From Spirochaetia bacterium (GTDB taxonomy: Bacteria > Spirochaetota > Spirochaetia > DSM-16054 > Sediminispirochaetaceae): a stretch of DNA of 64,000 bases. The notes beneath the pieces are model-generated. The model was not told the origin of the DNA and ran no database searches. It worked only from the letters and a program-made list of their open reading frames with translations. This document shows, one piece after another, positions 13,201-24,328 of this stretch (the stretch's first letter is position 1; each line of letters begins with the position of its first letter). The translations under genes were made by a program, and so were the position numbers. The DNA is taken from contig JAXHMY010000002.1 in the NCBI GenBank assembly GCA_034520965.1, forward strand, positions 448,001 through 512,000, read 5' to 3'.

Positions 13201-16200
13201 CGTCGGTCAGGTTCTGCCGCTGACTTGTCCATTCGCTTAAACTGGAAGAATGCGTCCGGCACAATTCCTGCTGATTGAGGTTTTGAATTTCCTGGAGGCT
13301 GGTGGTGGAATTGATGGCGAGGAGGCTCTCTTCGGCATACTCCTTCTGTTCAATTTGCTGATCGATGTACTCCGACATATATTCGTGCACCCGCCGGTAC
13401 TGCCGGTTTGTTCTTTTCCATACTTAAATCGCTAAAATTATACTGGTCATTAAAGAGAATACGGTCTATGCTGCGCAGCTTCGCATCCAATTTCCCCGCC
13501 TGGGTAATCAAGGCCTCCTGATATTCGGCAAAACTGTCGCAATTGCCAGTAAGTTTTGTGCCTGCTGCTCCGCCTTTGAAGTATCCGAATTGAAGCCGAT
13601 CGTGACCTCTTTACTCTCATCCCCAATCTGAACATTCTCGGTGTTGTAGCCGTTGAAGGGTGAACCAGTGGTACCAGCTCCTGCACTGTGGGCAGGTCCT
13701 CTAACAACAGCTCCTCATCATTACCGAAGTTCTCCGCGACTTGGGTCTGCAGCGTCTCGATCTCCTGCAGTTTATCTGCAATCGCTACTCTTCTGGTCTT
13801 CCAGCTCCGACCTCTGCTGGGCCAGTCGCACAGCTGCTGCTCCGGCCCGAACAGCCTGGAACGGATAATCGTCATTTGCTGGGGTAGTCCCCCCCGGCCA
13901 GTTGTCCCGCTCTGAGCTGTCCTGAAAGGCCTCCTCCCAGATCGAATAGAGATTGCTTGCCCGGACTCTACCAGGGACAAGTCCCGCAGCCTCCATCTGT
14001 TCCGGCGATCATTCAATCAACTTAAGTTGGGCGTCCTCCATGTCCGCCAGACAACTTCGTCTCCTTGCCGATTCCATCTGGTGGGCCATACTGCGCGCCT
14101 CTCTTCGATCATATCGTGGTAGGAGCCGTTAGTGCCCGATGCGCCGTCCAATCCGCTCATGCCGGCGGACACCCACCATACTGCCGCTCCACAAGGTAAC
14201 ACCGCGCACCTTTCAGTCTTGCCGCCCGAACCAACCGCGTAGATGTTAAGGTCGGGGCTGGAAGAATCAGGGCCCCCTCAAGAGCTCGCCCTCTTCCTGA
14301 AGCAAGTTTCATAATCTCGCCCTTCGCCTTTACCGCCGCATACACACCAAAGTTGGACATTGCATCGGGGTCGCTCCAGTACCAGAACAATCCCTCGTAG
14401 GTAACCGACCCGCTTACTACCTTCCAATCAACCCCCTGACTTACTGTGACATTGACCATTAAACCGGGAGGTCCGATAAACAGTTCCCCCGTTGATATTT
14501 CACCGGAATCCTTATCGTACATATACAGGTTATAGTCGCCGTTTACTCCCCATGTCTCTTTTCATACACATAGAAATCCCAGGTTTCCCTCACCCTTTAA
14601 AGCCGAGAAGTAAGGCTGCGTTCAAACTCTATATTACCCTCCGCATATGCGGGGCTCGATCCCACTGCGAGATGACCCGGTACCCTCCACCGTATCGGCC
14701 GCGTAGGAGGCCTCCATATCAATATTCAAGTACTCGGCAGTCAGGGTGAGCGTCAGCCCTGCCGCTACAACAGCTCTTTCTGGCCTACATGAAAGTCACC
14801 AAGCAGCATCATCGCAAAGGCCCCCGGGTTGTCCTCTCCATTCGGCTTTTTATCGGTCCGTTCCCCCTTTAATTCGGGGCGCTTGAAACCGGCGATATGC
14901 CGTACTAAATCGATGTCCTCCTGCACGGGATTCCACAAAAAAGCCGCCTCCGATACCGTTTCAAAGACCCCGGGGCGGCCTGCAGATTCAAACCGGCAGC
15001 GGCCACAAACACGCCCATGGTTAAAGGCATTATCCTGCTTTCCAAACTTGCCCACAGCATCAGCTTCGATTGAATCTCCGGGCAGCTTCATGCTGCCGGC
15101 CAGCCGTAAGCAGTTGGGCACTGTACTCTACATCCGCTTTTATTTCCAAGCCGGAGGTCTCCAGGGTTGCCTGGCGCAGCACAAAGCTGCGGCCCCCGCA
15201 TCCAACGGGACTCGTAAAAGGTGAATTCCTCGAAGCCCCCGCTCAGGGTAGGATTATCCGAATCGCCAACCCCTACAGTCGCCCCTTCCCACCCGCACGT
15301 AACTATTCCTCACCTCTTCTATCTGCTTCTCACCCTTCTGAGGAGACTGGTTTGTGCCTTCCCCAGATAGTCTCGTTACTGGCAAAACTTATAGATGTGC
15401 GGGAGGTAGACCAGTCTATTTCGGATACCGCCACCTTCATTGAATCTACTACTTCAAACTCTCCACCGGTAATGGCATCGGACAAATTGGAGATAGTCCC
15501 GTCGATGGACAAGACCAAATTTTCAAAGCTTACACCGCCGCTGACGCCGCTCATCCCCATTACCACGGAACCTGTAATTCCTATTCCGATTCAGAGGCTG
15601 CGGTTTGAATTGCGATAGAATCCATCGCCAAATTGAGTCCGGGCAGGGTCAACTGCTTGTTCTGCAGCACCTGGGCGTTGGCTCGGCGGGTGCCAGTCAA
15701 ACTCGCCCTCCATATTGAGGCGCACGCCCCCCTCAAAATCTTTGTTTGCGTTCAGCTCCCCGAAGGTCACCCGCTTTTCGTCATCCTCCGGATCGGAGCC
15801 CCCCTCGCCCTGTAAATCGAAATAAAAATCCGTCCCCACCCGAACTTCACTGAAATCTTTGTTAAAGACCCCGTCTTCGTACTCAAACACAAAGGACAGG
15901 TAAGTAATATCAACCGTACCGATGCCTACGTCCCACTCGGAATCGTCATCGTCGCCGCCGAGTTTGTGTCCCCTTGTTGTCCTTTTTCAGTTCTTTTATC
16001 GGTGTAAGTTCGCCGGAGGCGTTTCCGTCCTTGTGGGAGGGGTATTTTTGAATTCCGTATTGTTCATTCCATCAAGGGGTTCCGGGAAGCCTTTTTGGCT
16101 TTCCGGTGATTTTCAGCTTCCAGCTGCTTTCGCTGTTTTGAAGCTCAATCTTATTAAACTTCGAGTTTATCAGGAATAGCTTCGAAACTTTTCGGTGAAG

Positions 16201-18403
16201 CTTATCGTTCCGTCGATTTCAGCCGTCTTGAGAAAATAGTTCAGATCCTGAAAAGTGGTGAGGGTGTCCTTACTTGGTTTCGTTGTTCCCCTTTTGCTCT
16301 CCATGACGATACTGCCGGACATAGCAAAATAGTCGCGATCGTTGTCCTCATCTTCCCCGACCACCAGCGCGTTTGAGGTATTCTTTACATCATGAATACG
16401 AAACTCCATGCCGAAGGCGGTAAAACTCTTCGGTTCGCTCTCGGTATAGCTAAAGCCCTTTCCCTCTATACCGTTTGATCTTACCACCAGCCCTGCAATT
16501 TGCCATAACTTCTTTATTATCAAGCTTAGGAAGGGCCAGTTTGGCATTTACGAATATCCGCGAAGTATCCTGACCGTCAAAGCTGACCTTTTTAATTTTC
16601 AGATAGTCGTTGGCCACCGTTACAAAGGTCTCTTCCCCTTCCGCCTCTTTTTCCACTGTTCCGCTTTTAATTTTCGGGGTGGTGGGGTTGTCATTTCATC
16701 ACGGAGGCCGCCAGATCAGTTACCGTTACGTCGCTAATTTCGGTATCTTCCAGAGAAAGCAGTTTCATTTTGGCGGTCCCGGTAAAGGAAAACTCCTCGT
16801 ACCCGGCACGATCGCTGGTCGCATGGTAGCCTGGCGCGACGAGGTCGGTGATTTGCTACGTGCTCCACCAGGGTTAGCGGGTCCGGTGGAAACGGCGGGC
16901 GTTCGTCGCTTATGGTATAAGTGGCTTCAGCCAGAAAGCTGGACCAGGATGGTTAATCTGCACTTTGACTGTGTGGTCTCCCGGATCGTCGGTGGGGACT
17001 TCGCCTCAATGATCGGAATTCGGTAGTTCCGTCGATGTTCACCGAAAAAGAGCTTTCTCTCGGTGCAGGTGGTTTTTGCTGGCGTCGACCTAAAATTTCA
17101 CCGGTGATAATTCCGCTGCCGGTGGCCTGTACCTGCGCGCCCCGGGCGTTCTGGACCTGGTGCCCCGGCGTAGTACGGCGATGTGGGCAGTTCTACCTCG
17201 ATGCCGCGTAACCTGTAAGAGTCCGAGGGCAGCGCCGCGCTGACGGTTGCATCAAGATTCGCCGCCGTTTCTACGGGGTTTCCGTAGGCATCGGAACCGC
17301 GGATTATGCAGGTCAAGCACCGCCGTACCGCCCTGCCCGCCGGCAAGGGCTTTGGCACGGTCGAATTCATCAAGCTGTACTGTTCGCTCCAGGGCATGCG
17401 GTCCCGCCGCGGGCCAGTGAAATAGACACATTTTCCGTTGGTCCCGCGGAGGTCCCGTAGGAGGGAAAACTTTCTCAACTACTGCGGGCGATTGTGCGTA
17501 CTGCCCGACCCAGCCGCGCCAATTTCAAGTTCGACATCCTGCTCTGTTTTCACCCTCTTCAGACTGCAGGCTCTGCGGTTCTGTCTTCGAGTTAGCGGTG
17601 GAGTCCGGAAAGATTCACACTGGTTAGTTCGGATTCTGAATAAGAGCCGGTATTTCCAGCCCCGTCGGTAGCCCTTACCCTGAAGCTGTAATTTTGTCCG
17701 TTCTGTCCTTGAAAGTATGCCTCGGTTGCGCTTGTCTGTTGCTGCCAATTGAGTCCAGTTGGTTTTGTCGGTGTATTACTGCACATCGTAAGAACTAATT
17801 ATTCAGGCGTCCTCGTTACCACTCCATGCCACCAAAAAGGGATTCTGGGTTCCTGGGGAGACGCGAGAGCATCAATTGAAGCGGTAGGCGCGGTCGAGCC
17901 GACGTGGAAACCGTCGGAATAGGCGGGATTACTTTCTGCGGCTAATTAGTCCTCCTGCGGAGCTCCGAGCTCACGACCAGGATGACAGAATCTGGCCACT
18001 ACCTGACCCGGTACTCCAACTCGCTGAGGTCGAGTGTCTTCGTTGACACTGTTGTCTGGGTTGGAGGTAGTATGCGGCCATGTACTTTGAGCTCTACTTC
18101 TATACGTGACCGGCGGACACCTGCTTTGCCAGCCGGAGCCGGTCGTTTTTTTCTAAATCGACCCGGTATACTAATGTCGTCACCAGTTGACTGGGTCGGC
18201 AGAACTTGCGCTGTCCCAGCTGCGGCGCAGTCCCAGTTCGCGCTGTAGCCGGCGATGGTAGCCGTGTGCATGATCGACGTCACTCTCCGGTACCGTCATT
18301 CACCTGTGTAGGAGCGTGTAAGGCAAGCAGTGGAACTAAGGGGAACCACAGAACCAGAAGAGCCCATAAGAAGATAACGAATTATCCTAGGCCCTGGTTT
18401 CAT
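10291..18403 (-). CDS. Giant secreted/surface protein (~2,700 codons) with FN3-like repeats; heavily frameshifted, could be two genes
   Basis: Signal-peptide-like start MKPGPRIIRYLL. N-terminal FN3 (YSFRVRATDGAGN), central beta-rich region, helical segment (13.1-13.9 kb), Gly/Ser linker (12.6 kb), and C-terminal repeats D(P/E)ESG(I/M)VAY.Y.IGT...VRA.NG.G. Confidence 0.65.
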
Positions 18404-18622
18404 TTTTGCTCTCTTTTTATAGATTACGTTGTAGTAATTGTGGCACCATTCGCCGGGGTTTCAAGTTTTTTATTAACTTTTTAAAAACTTGGATCATTTT
18501 CTTTTATTTTTGACAGTATAAATTTATAGACTTTCTAAAAATAATTGACTTATTCTAAACCTAATATTATTGGTCCGCTATAGCACAGGTTACACACAGC
18601 TTTGGGCAAAAAAACAGGCCCT

Positions 18623-19699
18623 TCAAAGAACTTGTTGTAACCCAAACGCCGCCCGCCGTTCCCGACGGCTACCGGGTACCACGCCCGCAGAAAGGCCTAA
18701 GCTGCCCCTGGAGGGTTTCGATGATATGGGTAATACCGGTGCGATCTCTGCCCCGTGTCGTCGCCGGAGGATGCCGGGGTCGTCGTCGTACCACTCCTGG
18801 GTCTGCTCGGTCACCGCCCGCAGATACAGCAGCCCCGCCGGTCACACTTACATCGGACCGGTACTGCCGGAGTTCCCCGGCCAGCGGTAGGTCAGCGAAT
18901 CATTCGCTCTCTACCCCCGCCCCCGAAGCCCGCGGCGGTGGAGAGCTTGTTGCGCAGCACATGGTCGTCCCGGTCGCTCACATACGTCAGCTGGGGCAGC
19001 AGACTCAGTTCCAGCTGGGGAAACTTGCGGTCAGGCTGCCAGCGCAGCACCGCGCCGGCGGCCACCCGGTGATACAGCGCTGTGTATTTCAAGAGCCTTC
19101 CCCTCGTAGTCACTATAATACAGTTCAAAAGCGGGGGGATTATCGGCATCGCCACTTGAAACAAGCACATACTGCCAGCCGCTGTAGCCGAGGGCATTCT
19201 GAGAGATATACTGAAATGAATACCCCAGACTCCCGAAGAGGCCGGCGTCCCGGGCAGAAAAACAGCCGCTTTTCAACCCCACCTTCCGCTTCGAAAGAAA
19301 ATCATCTCGGCCTCCGACTCGGTATAACTGAATTTGATCAGGCGGCACGCCTTCAACCAGATACCAGTCGTGGTCCTTCGACACACCCCAGGGGCCGCTG
19401 ACCGCAGTTCCGGCCGAAAGATGAAACCGCCATTCATCCATCCCACCGCCTCGGAGGGCGTGTCGCTGCTCAGCCCCGGCGCGAGCATGTTCAAAGGAAA
19501 CTGCAGCCGGCTCTTCACCCCGCTTGCAAGAAGCGTATACTCGGTCGAACCAAGCACCACTTCCGTATACGGTGCAACGGTAAATCGCGTCTACCTTACC
19601 CTTCACCTGGCCCCTGTCTTCTGCGCTCCACCATACCGTGGAAAATAGACACATCATCGCAACAAAAGCTAACACTTTCAGATCGCCAGGCCTGTTCAC
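18623..19699 (-). CDS. Omptin-family (OmpT/Pla-like) outer-membrane protease (frameshifted)
   Basis: Signal peptide; KSRLQFP, KDHDW (OmpT D83/D85-like), FSYTES and SDRDDHVLR (OmpT D210/H212-like) in the expected order. Confidence 0.7.
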
Positions 19700-19877
19700 A
19701 ATGCCCCTCCATGTCGCTTTCGTATTACTAAAATACTAAGCTTTGGGGCCACAGGTCAATTTTGTATACATCTCCGTTTCTTTCCAGTCACCATCTCTGG
19801 ATATCAGATACAGCATTGAAAATGCAACAAAACACTTCCTACTCAGGACAGGAATTCTGGTTTCGGAAAGGGGATTC

Positions 19878-20029
19878 GGGCGCATCCCCGCGCTCCGGCG
19901 CGCTGCGCCTCCACCCGGGAACCGGGTGCTCCGCTGCAACGCTTCGCCGCCGCTTTTCGCGGCCTCGTACCAGCTCACTCCCGCTCGCTGCTCGGCCCCT
20001 GCGGCGGCTGCCAGGTTTCCGCTGCGCCC
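19878..20029. repeat. GC-rich multi-hairpin intergenic element (REP/MITE-like)
   Basis: Ends gggcgca...tgcgccc are complementary; internal cacccgg/ccgggtg and ccgccgc/gcggcgg stems; much higher GC than its flanks. Confidence 0.45.
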
Positions 20030-20062
20030 CCCTGCGCAAGAATGCACACTGTGTGGGTGGTA

Positions 20063-20481
20063 CTACTCATATTCCAATATATTTTTAATCATTTCTTTTT
20101 CAAATTGTTCTATACATATAGTAGTCGGAATCAATGGTTATAATCTCTTTTAATATTCAGATTTCTCTGAAAGAACCACTAAAGACGCATCTGCTAAATC
20201 CATCGGGATATCAGAATATTTCTCCGACAAGGCAATTATCCGATCTATATCATTTATTTTCACTTCTTCTATTAGCACACCGCCAAGTCGAATCCATTTG
20301 AACAAATCAATTTGTACTTGTACATTAAAATCCAACATATGTGAGGCTTCTGTTGCTACCGGCCAACTTGTTATCAATGTACTTTTATATGTTTTTCAAA
20401 ACCCTTGACAATTTTATGATATTTATCATTTTTATTAAAAAGTGCAATGATAGGCCCTGCATCAATGAGCGTGCTTTTCAT
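20063..20481 (-). CDS. vapC: PIN-domain (VapC-like) toxin (frameshifted)
   Basis: MKSTLIDAGP...ITSWPVATEASHML...PMDLADASLV...ITIDSDY. Confidence 0.85.
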
Positions 20482-20710
20482 TCATTTTTTCCTTCACTTT
20501 TTTCTTATAATTCTCTGATATGCTTTCTCCACTTCCATAATTACCAAAAAAATCTTTTCCAATTTCATAGGAACTCTCTCTCTTGCACATGTTGGTTGTA
20601 ATATTCGATAATGGCCTTTTTTATAATTTTCAGATTTAGAGCTTTTCTCTCTTTCAATGAGTACCGAAAAGTTTACTCTCGATATCTTTATTGAGTCTTA
20701 CTGTAGTCAT
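20478..20710 (-). CDS. Ribbon-helix-helix (CopG-like) antitoxin (frameshifted)
   Basis: MTTVRLNKDIESKL...KSEIIKKAI..; overlaps the vapC start. Confidence 0.7.
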
Positions 20711-20721
20711 ATCCACACCTC

Positions 20722-20740
20722 GTATTACTTAATGTAATAC
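20722..20740. promoter_or_regulatory. Palindromic operator upstream of the RHH-PIN operon
   Basis: GTATTAC-ttaat-GTAATAC immediately upstream of the RBS. Confidence 0.55.
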
Positions 20741-20797
20741 ACTCTTTATACTTTATCGATCTGTTTTGTAAACTACCAGCGATTTGAGCAGGTAGAG

Positions 20798-21104
20798 TCA
20801 GATCTGATTGCCGATTTTTTTAAATCAGCTTTTTATGTTGCTTTCTGCTGGGTAAACCGTTTTCCAATAATTCTGTATATTTCTTCTTTACTCTCTTTCC
20901 AATTTCCCAAATTTCAATGATCTCAATCTGCGACGGAGAAATTAAGCGATATACAATTCTGTAACTTTTTTTTGCAATATAGATTTTAAAGGAGCCGGTT
21001 AAATCGATATTAAACTTGTTTCCCAGTTGTTCCCTAGAAAGGGATTTTCGGCCAATTCATCAATCTTTTTGAGCTTCCGGGATATGGACAACTTTATAGC
21101 TCAT
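20798..21104 (-). CDS. RelE/ParE-family toxin (frameshifted)
   Basis: MSYKVV...LGNKFNIDLTGSFKIYIAKKSYRIVYRL...IEIWEIGKSKE. Confidence 0.8.
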
Positions 21105-21376
21105 ACCTCTTCTCGAATTTCTTCCCACTCTTTGTTGTAAGAGGCATTGTATGTAGAAAGCCTCTCTTCAATAACAGTCTTTATTTCCATTTGCTCAAAC
21201 ATCTCTTCCAAATTATGAAGATGTTCATACTCTTCAAAAGAGAGCATAACAGCTTCCATGTTGTTGTTTTTGAGTATGTAGAGAGCTTCTCCGGTTTTAG
21301 ACACTTCTCTTACCTTTTTCGTAAGTTCTTTCTGCAACTTCTTTACCGGTATCATTTTATTCGTTTCTAATAACAT
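21101..21376 (-). CDS. Phd/YefM-family antitoxin
   Basis: GEALYILKNNNMEAVMLSFEEYE motif; 4-nt overlap with the toxin. Confidence 0.85.
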   Translation of the reverse strand: MLLETNKMIPVKKLQKELTKKVREVSKTGEALYILKNNNMEAVMLSFEEYEHLHNLEEMFEQMEIKTVIEERLSTYNASYNKEWEEIREEV

Positions 21377-21425
21377 AGCTACCTCTTATAAGGAATTTTA
21401 TTACACAAAAATATACTGCACAGGT

Positions 21426-21713
21426 CTACGTGTGCACAGTGATCTGCAAACCAAGTGCCTTTGCAACTTTCGCGACTGTGGTGAACGTCGGGTTGCCCTC
21501 CGGTGACAAAGCTTTATACAGACCTTCTCGGGTCAGTCCTGTGTCTCTTGCAAGTTGGCTCATATTCTTGGCACGCGCAATAACACTCAGCGCATGCACT
21601 ATGAAGGCAGGATCATCACCTGCTTCTTCGATGCAGGCATCAAGATACAGTTGAATGTCTTCTTCTGTTTCAAGGTGCTCTGCTGAATCCCAGCGTTTCG
21701 TTTTGATACCCAT
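21426..21713 (-). CDS. Addiction module antidote protein (HI1420-like HTH)
   Basis: WDSAEHL...IARAKNMSQLARDTGLTREGLYKALSPEGNPTF. Confidence 0.92.
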   Translation of the reverse strand: MGIKTKRWDSAEHLETEEDIQLYLDACIEEAGDDPAFIVHALSVIARAKNMSQLARDTGLTREGLYKALSPEGNPTFTTVAKVAKALGLQITVHT

Positions 21714-21716
21714 GGC

Positions 21717-22013
21717 CTAAACCTCCAACTGCTTGGCAATTTTTTTTGCTTTAGCAATATCGTCCTTCTGAGAACTTTTGTCGCCTCCCGATAGAAGTAT
21801 CACGACTACAGCATTCCTTTGTACAAAGTAGACTCTATAACCAGGACCATAGAAGATTCGCAATTCACTCACACCTTCCCCTACCGGTGCTACATCGCCA
21901 AAATGCCCCATCTCGACTCTATCAATCCTGGCCTGGATTCGAGCCTTTGCCCTTCGATCCTTGAGTGATTTGAACCATTTCACAAAAGGAACTGTCTGCC
22001 TGACTTCTATCAT
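21717..22013 (-). CDS. Addiction module killer protein (HI1419-like, RelE/HigB fold)
   Basis: GHFGDVAPVGEGVSELRIFYGPGYRVYF...GGDKSSQ. Confidence 0.93.
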   Translation of the reverse strand: MIEVRQTVPFVKWFKSLKDRRAKARIQARIDRVEMGHFGDVAPVGEGVSELRIFYGPGYRVYFVQRNAVVVILLSGGDKSSQKDDIAKAKKIAKQLEV

Positions 22014-22214
22014 ATGTTATATTGTAGTTAATAGACCGACTTATGTCAACTGTGGTTTACAGTTCAGCCTGAGCTGCTAATTCTGCTGGAGCGATATGTT
22101 CTGCCAACTGAGTCTCCCGATTTTCTCATCTCTTCCTTCCCTCGGACAAAAAATGAAGGAGGTTTTATAGTAAAACTCTTTGACAGAGGCCACATCATAT
22201 CAGAATTGCTGCAC

Positions 22215-24304
22215 TCAAGAGTATTTCAGATAGGTGACCTCGAAAGCCCTACAGCGGCGGGTATCCTGAACACTGTTCTGCAGGCTAAAAGCGTCTCTCC
22301 TGTCGAAGGGCTGAAAAATGTCCAAACCGCGGTCGAGTATGATCTTCCATCCGCTGTCCGCCGCAATGTAGCGGGTATGCAGAGAGGAATCGTCGCTGAT
22401 GGTGTATGAGAACCTGACGGCGCTTCCCTCGAACTCTTCGGCAACTTGACTCAGCAGGTCCTCCTGGTCCCCCTCATTGCCGGCCCCCCTGCCGGTGAGG
22501 AGAGTTACCGATACCTCCTCCCCTACCTCCTGCAGCTGCATGAGCATCTGTAAAAACTCGAAGAGGTTTTTTACCTGGTGAAAGTTGCGTATGTAGGGGT
22601 CGACGAGTTCTATCGATTTGGCTCCCCGCAGGTACGGAGAAGAGGTTCAAATAGGATATTCCCGATTCGTTTTCCTCGACCACCCGTTGGGTTCCGGAGG
22701 ACATCGCTTGGGCCGCCTCCTCTCCCCTCGCTTCCCGCTTCCCGGCTACCTCTTCCGTGTTGGTATCCACCGCTGTATCACTAGCGGCTGCAGCGTCGGA
22801 GTCGCTGCCTTTAGACTCCATCTGCGTCAGTGTGGGGTAATTTCTCTCCTCGAGGGTCGTGATAATGTGTTCCTTCGAGGAGGAAAGGTCCCGATAGGCG
22901 AAACGACGGTATTCGAAGGTTTCATCGATGCGGATAAGCTGGTTGTAGACCCGCTTTCTCCCCTCTATGGCAAAACAAAGTATCGCCTCCACCTCCTCCT
23001 TAGAGGCGTCGTGGGCGGGAAAGAGAATCTTGAGGAGTCCGCTGGTCGTTTTCTCGATCGACGTCCTGTCTCGGGCGGAGAGGCCCTTGTCGAGTTCGAA
23101 AATTTCCGGTAGTCCTCGGCGTAATCCAAACCGCGCAGCTGTTTCAGGGTCTCGGCAAAGTAGTCGACGATAAAGCCGTATCCGTCGGTTAGCAGCTCGT
23201 TTCTGAGGATAGAGACCTCCCATCCCGGGAGGTAGAAGTGGAGGCGGTCGATAAATGCCGCATCGTGGTAGGCCGCCGGCAGTTCCTCGAAGAGGTCTGT
23301 GTGCTTGAGCATGTACGCCACGGACCTCTTGGTATTGCCGACAAAGGCGAATGAGGCGGCGGCGCTCTGGGTTTCCCTTCCTCGGGAGAAGCTCTTGTTG
23401 GCGAGGTAGTTCTTCATTACATCCACGAGGCTCTTGTCCGAGCGCTTTTCTGTCCGGCGAACTCGTCGAAGGCTACCGTGTCCCAGTAGCCCACCAAACC
23501 CAGTTTCCCGGAGCTGTTGTTGACAAAGAGCTTGGCGAGGGTAACCTCACCGCCGGAGATGAGTATGCCGTGGGGGGAGAATTCGGAATAGATGTGGGAT
23601 TTACCGGTTCCCTTTGGGCCGAGTTCGATAAGGTTGTAGTTGTTCTCACAATAGGGGATGAGCCGGGAGATAAGTAAGAGTTTTTCCCGCTCCCCGAAGA
23701 GTTCGGCGTGAAAGCCCATACTCTGTACCAGTATGTCCGTCCATTCGGCAAGGGAGAAACGGCTCCTTCCGGCGGCGTAGGAGTCGAAATCGAAGTGGGA
23801 AACCTGGATCGGTTTCAGGTTTTCGATAGACCACGGCCCGGCCTGAGAATCTTCGTGGTGCTGATACACTACGTCGATAATCGACCAGACCCCACCTACG
23901 AGGAGCTTAGGGTGCTTAGTAATATAATCGCTTTCTATGGGTACCGAAGTAAGGCCCAGATTCATAAAACCGGCCTCGTAGCGGTCCAGTTTGTCGTTGA
24001 GGTCTACGGTAATTCTGTCGATAACCCGGAAGCTGCCCCGCTCCTTTATCCTGGAGCGAACCAGGTTTGCCTGGTTTCTTACTACGTAGTGGTCTTGGAG
24101 GATCTTCTGGACCTGCTCTATCCCTTTTTCTATAATCGCCTCGTCGTTGGTGGCACAGTACTGCCCAAGCAGGTACTCCAGCACATACACAGGAACCAGT
24201 GCATTCCCCTTTACCAGACGGGAGAGGTCCTTGCGGACAATAAAACCGGGAAATGCCTCCATGAGTTTTGCATCCAGTTCAGAAACCGGTTCAGATGTGG
24301 CCAT
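22215..24304 (-). CDS. brxL: BREX BrxL-like AAA+ protein with C-terminal MIT_C/PLD-like domain (frameshifted)
   Basis: VPVYVLEYLLGQYC, Walker A ELGPKGTGKS, VAFDEF, DRLHFYLPGWE; C-terminus DPYIR..HQ...LHTRYI...WKIILDRGLDIFQ. Confidence 0.88.
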
Positions 24305-24328
24305 AAGCTCTCCCTCTCCAATAGTACA

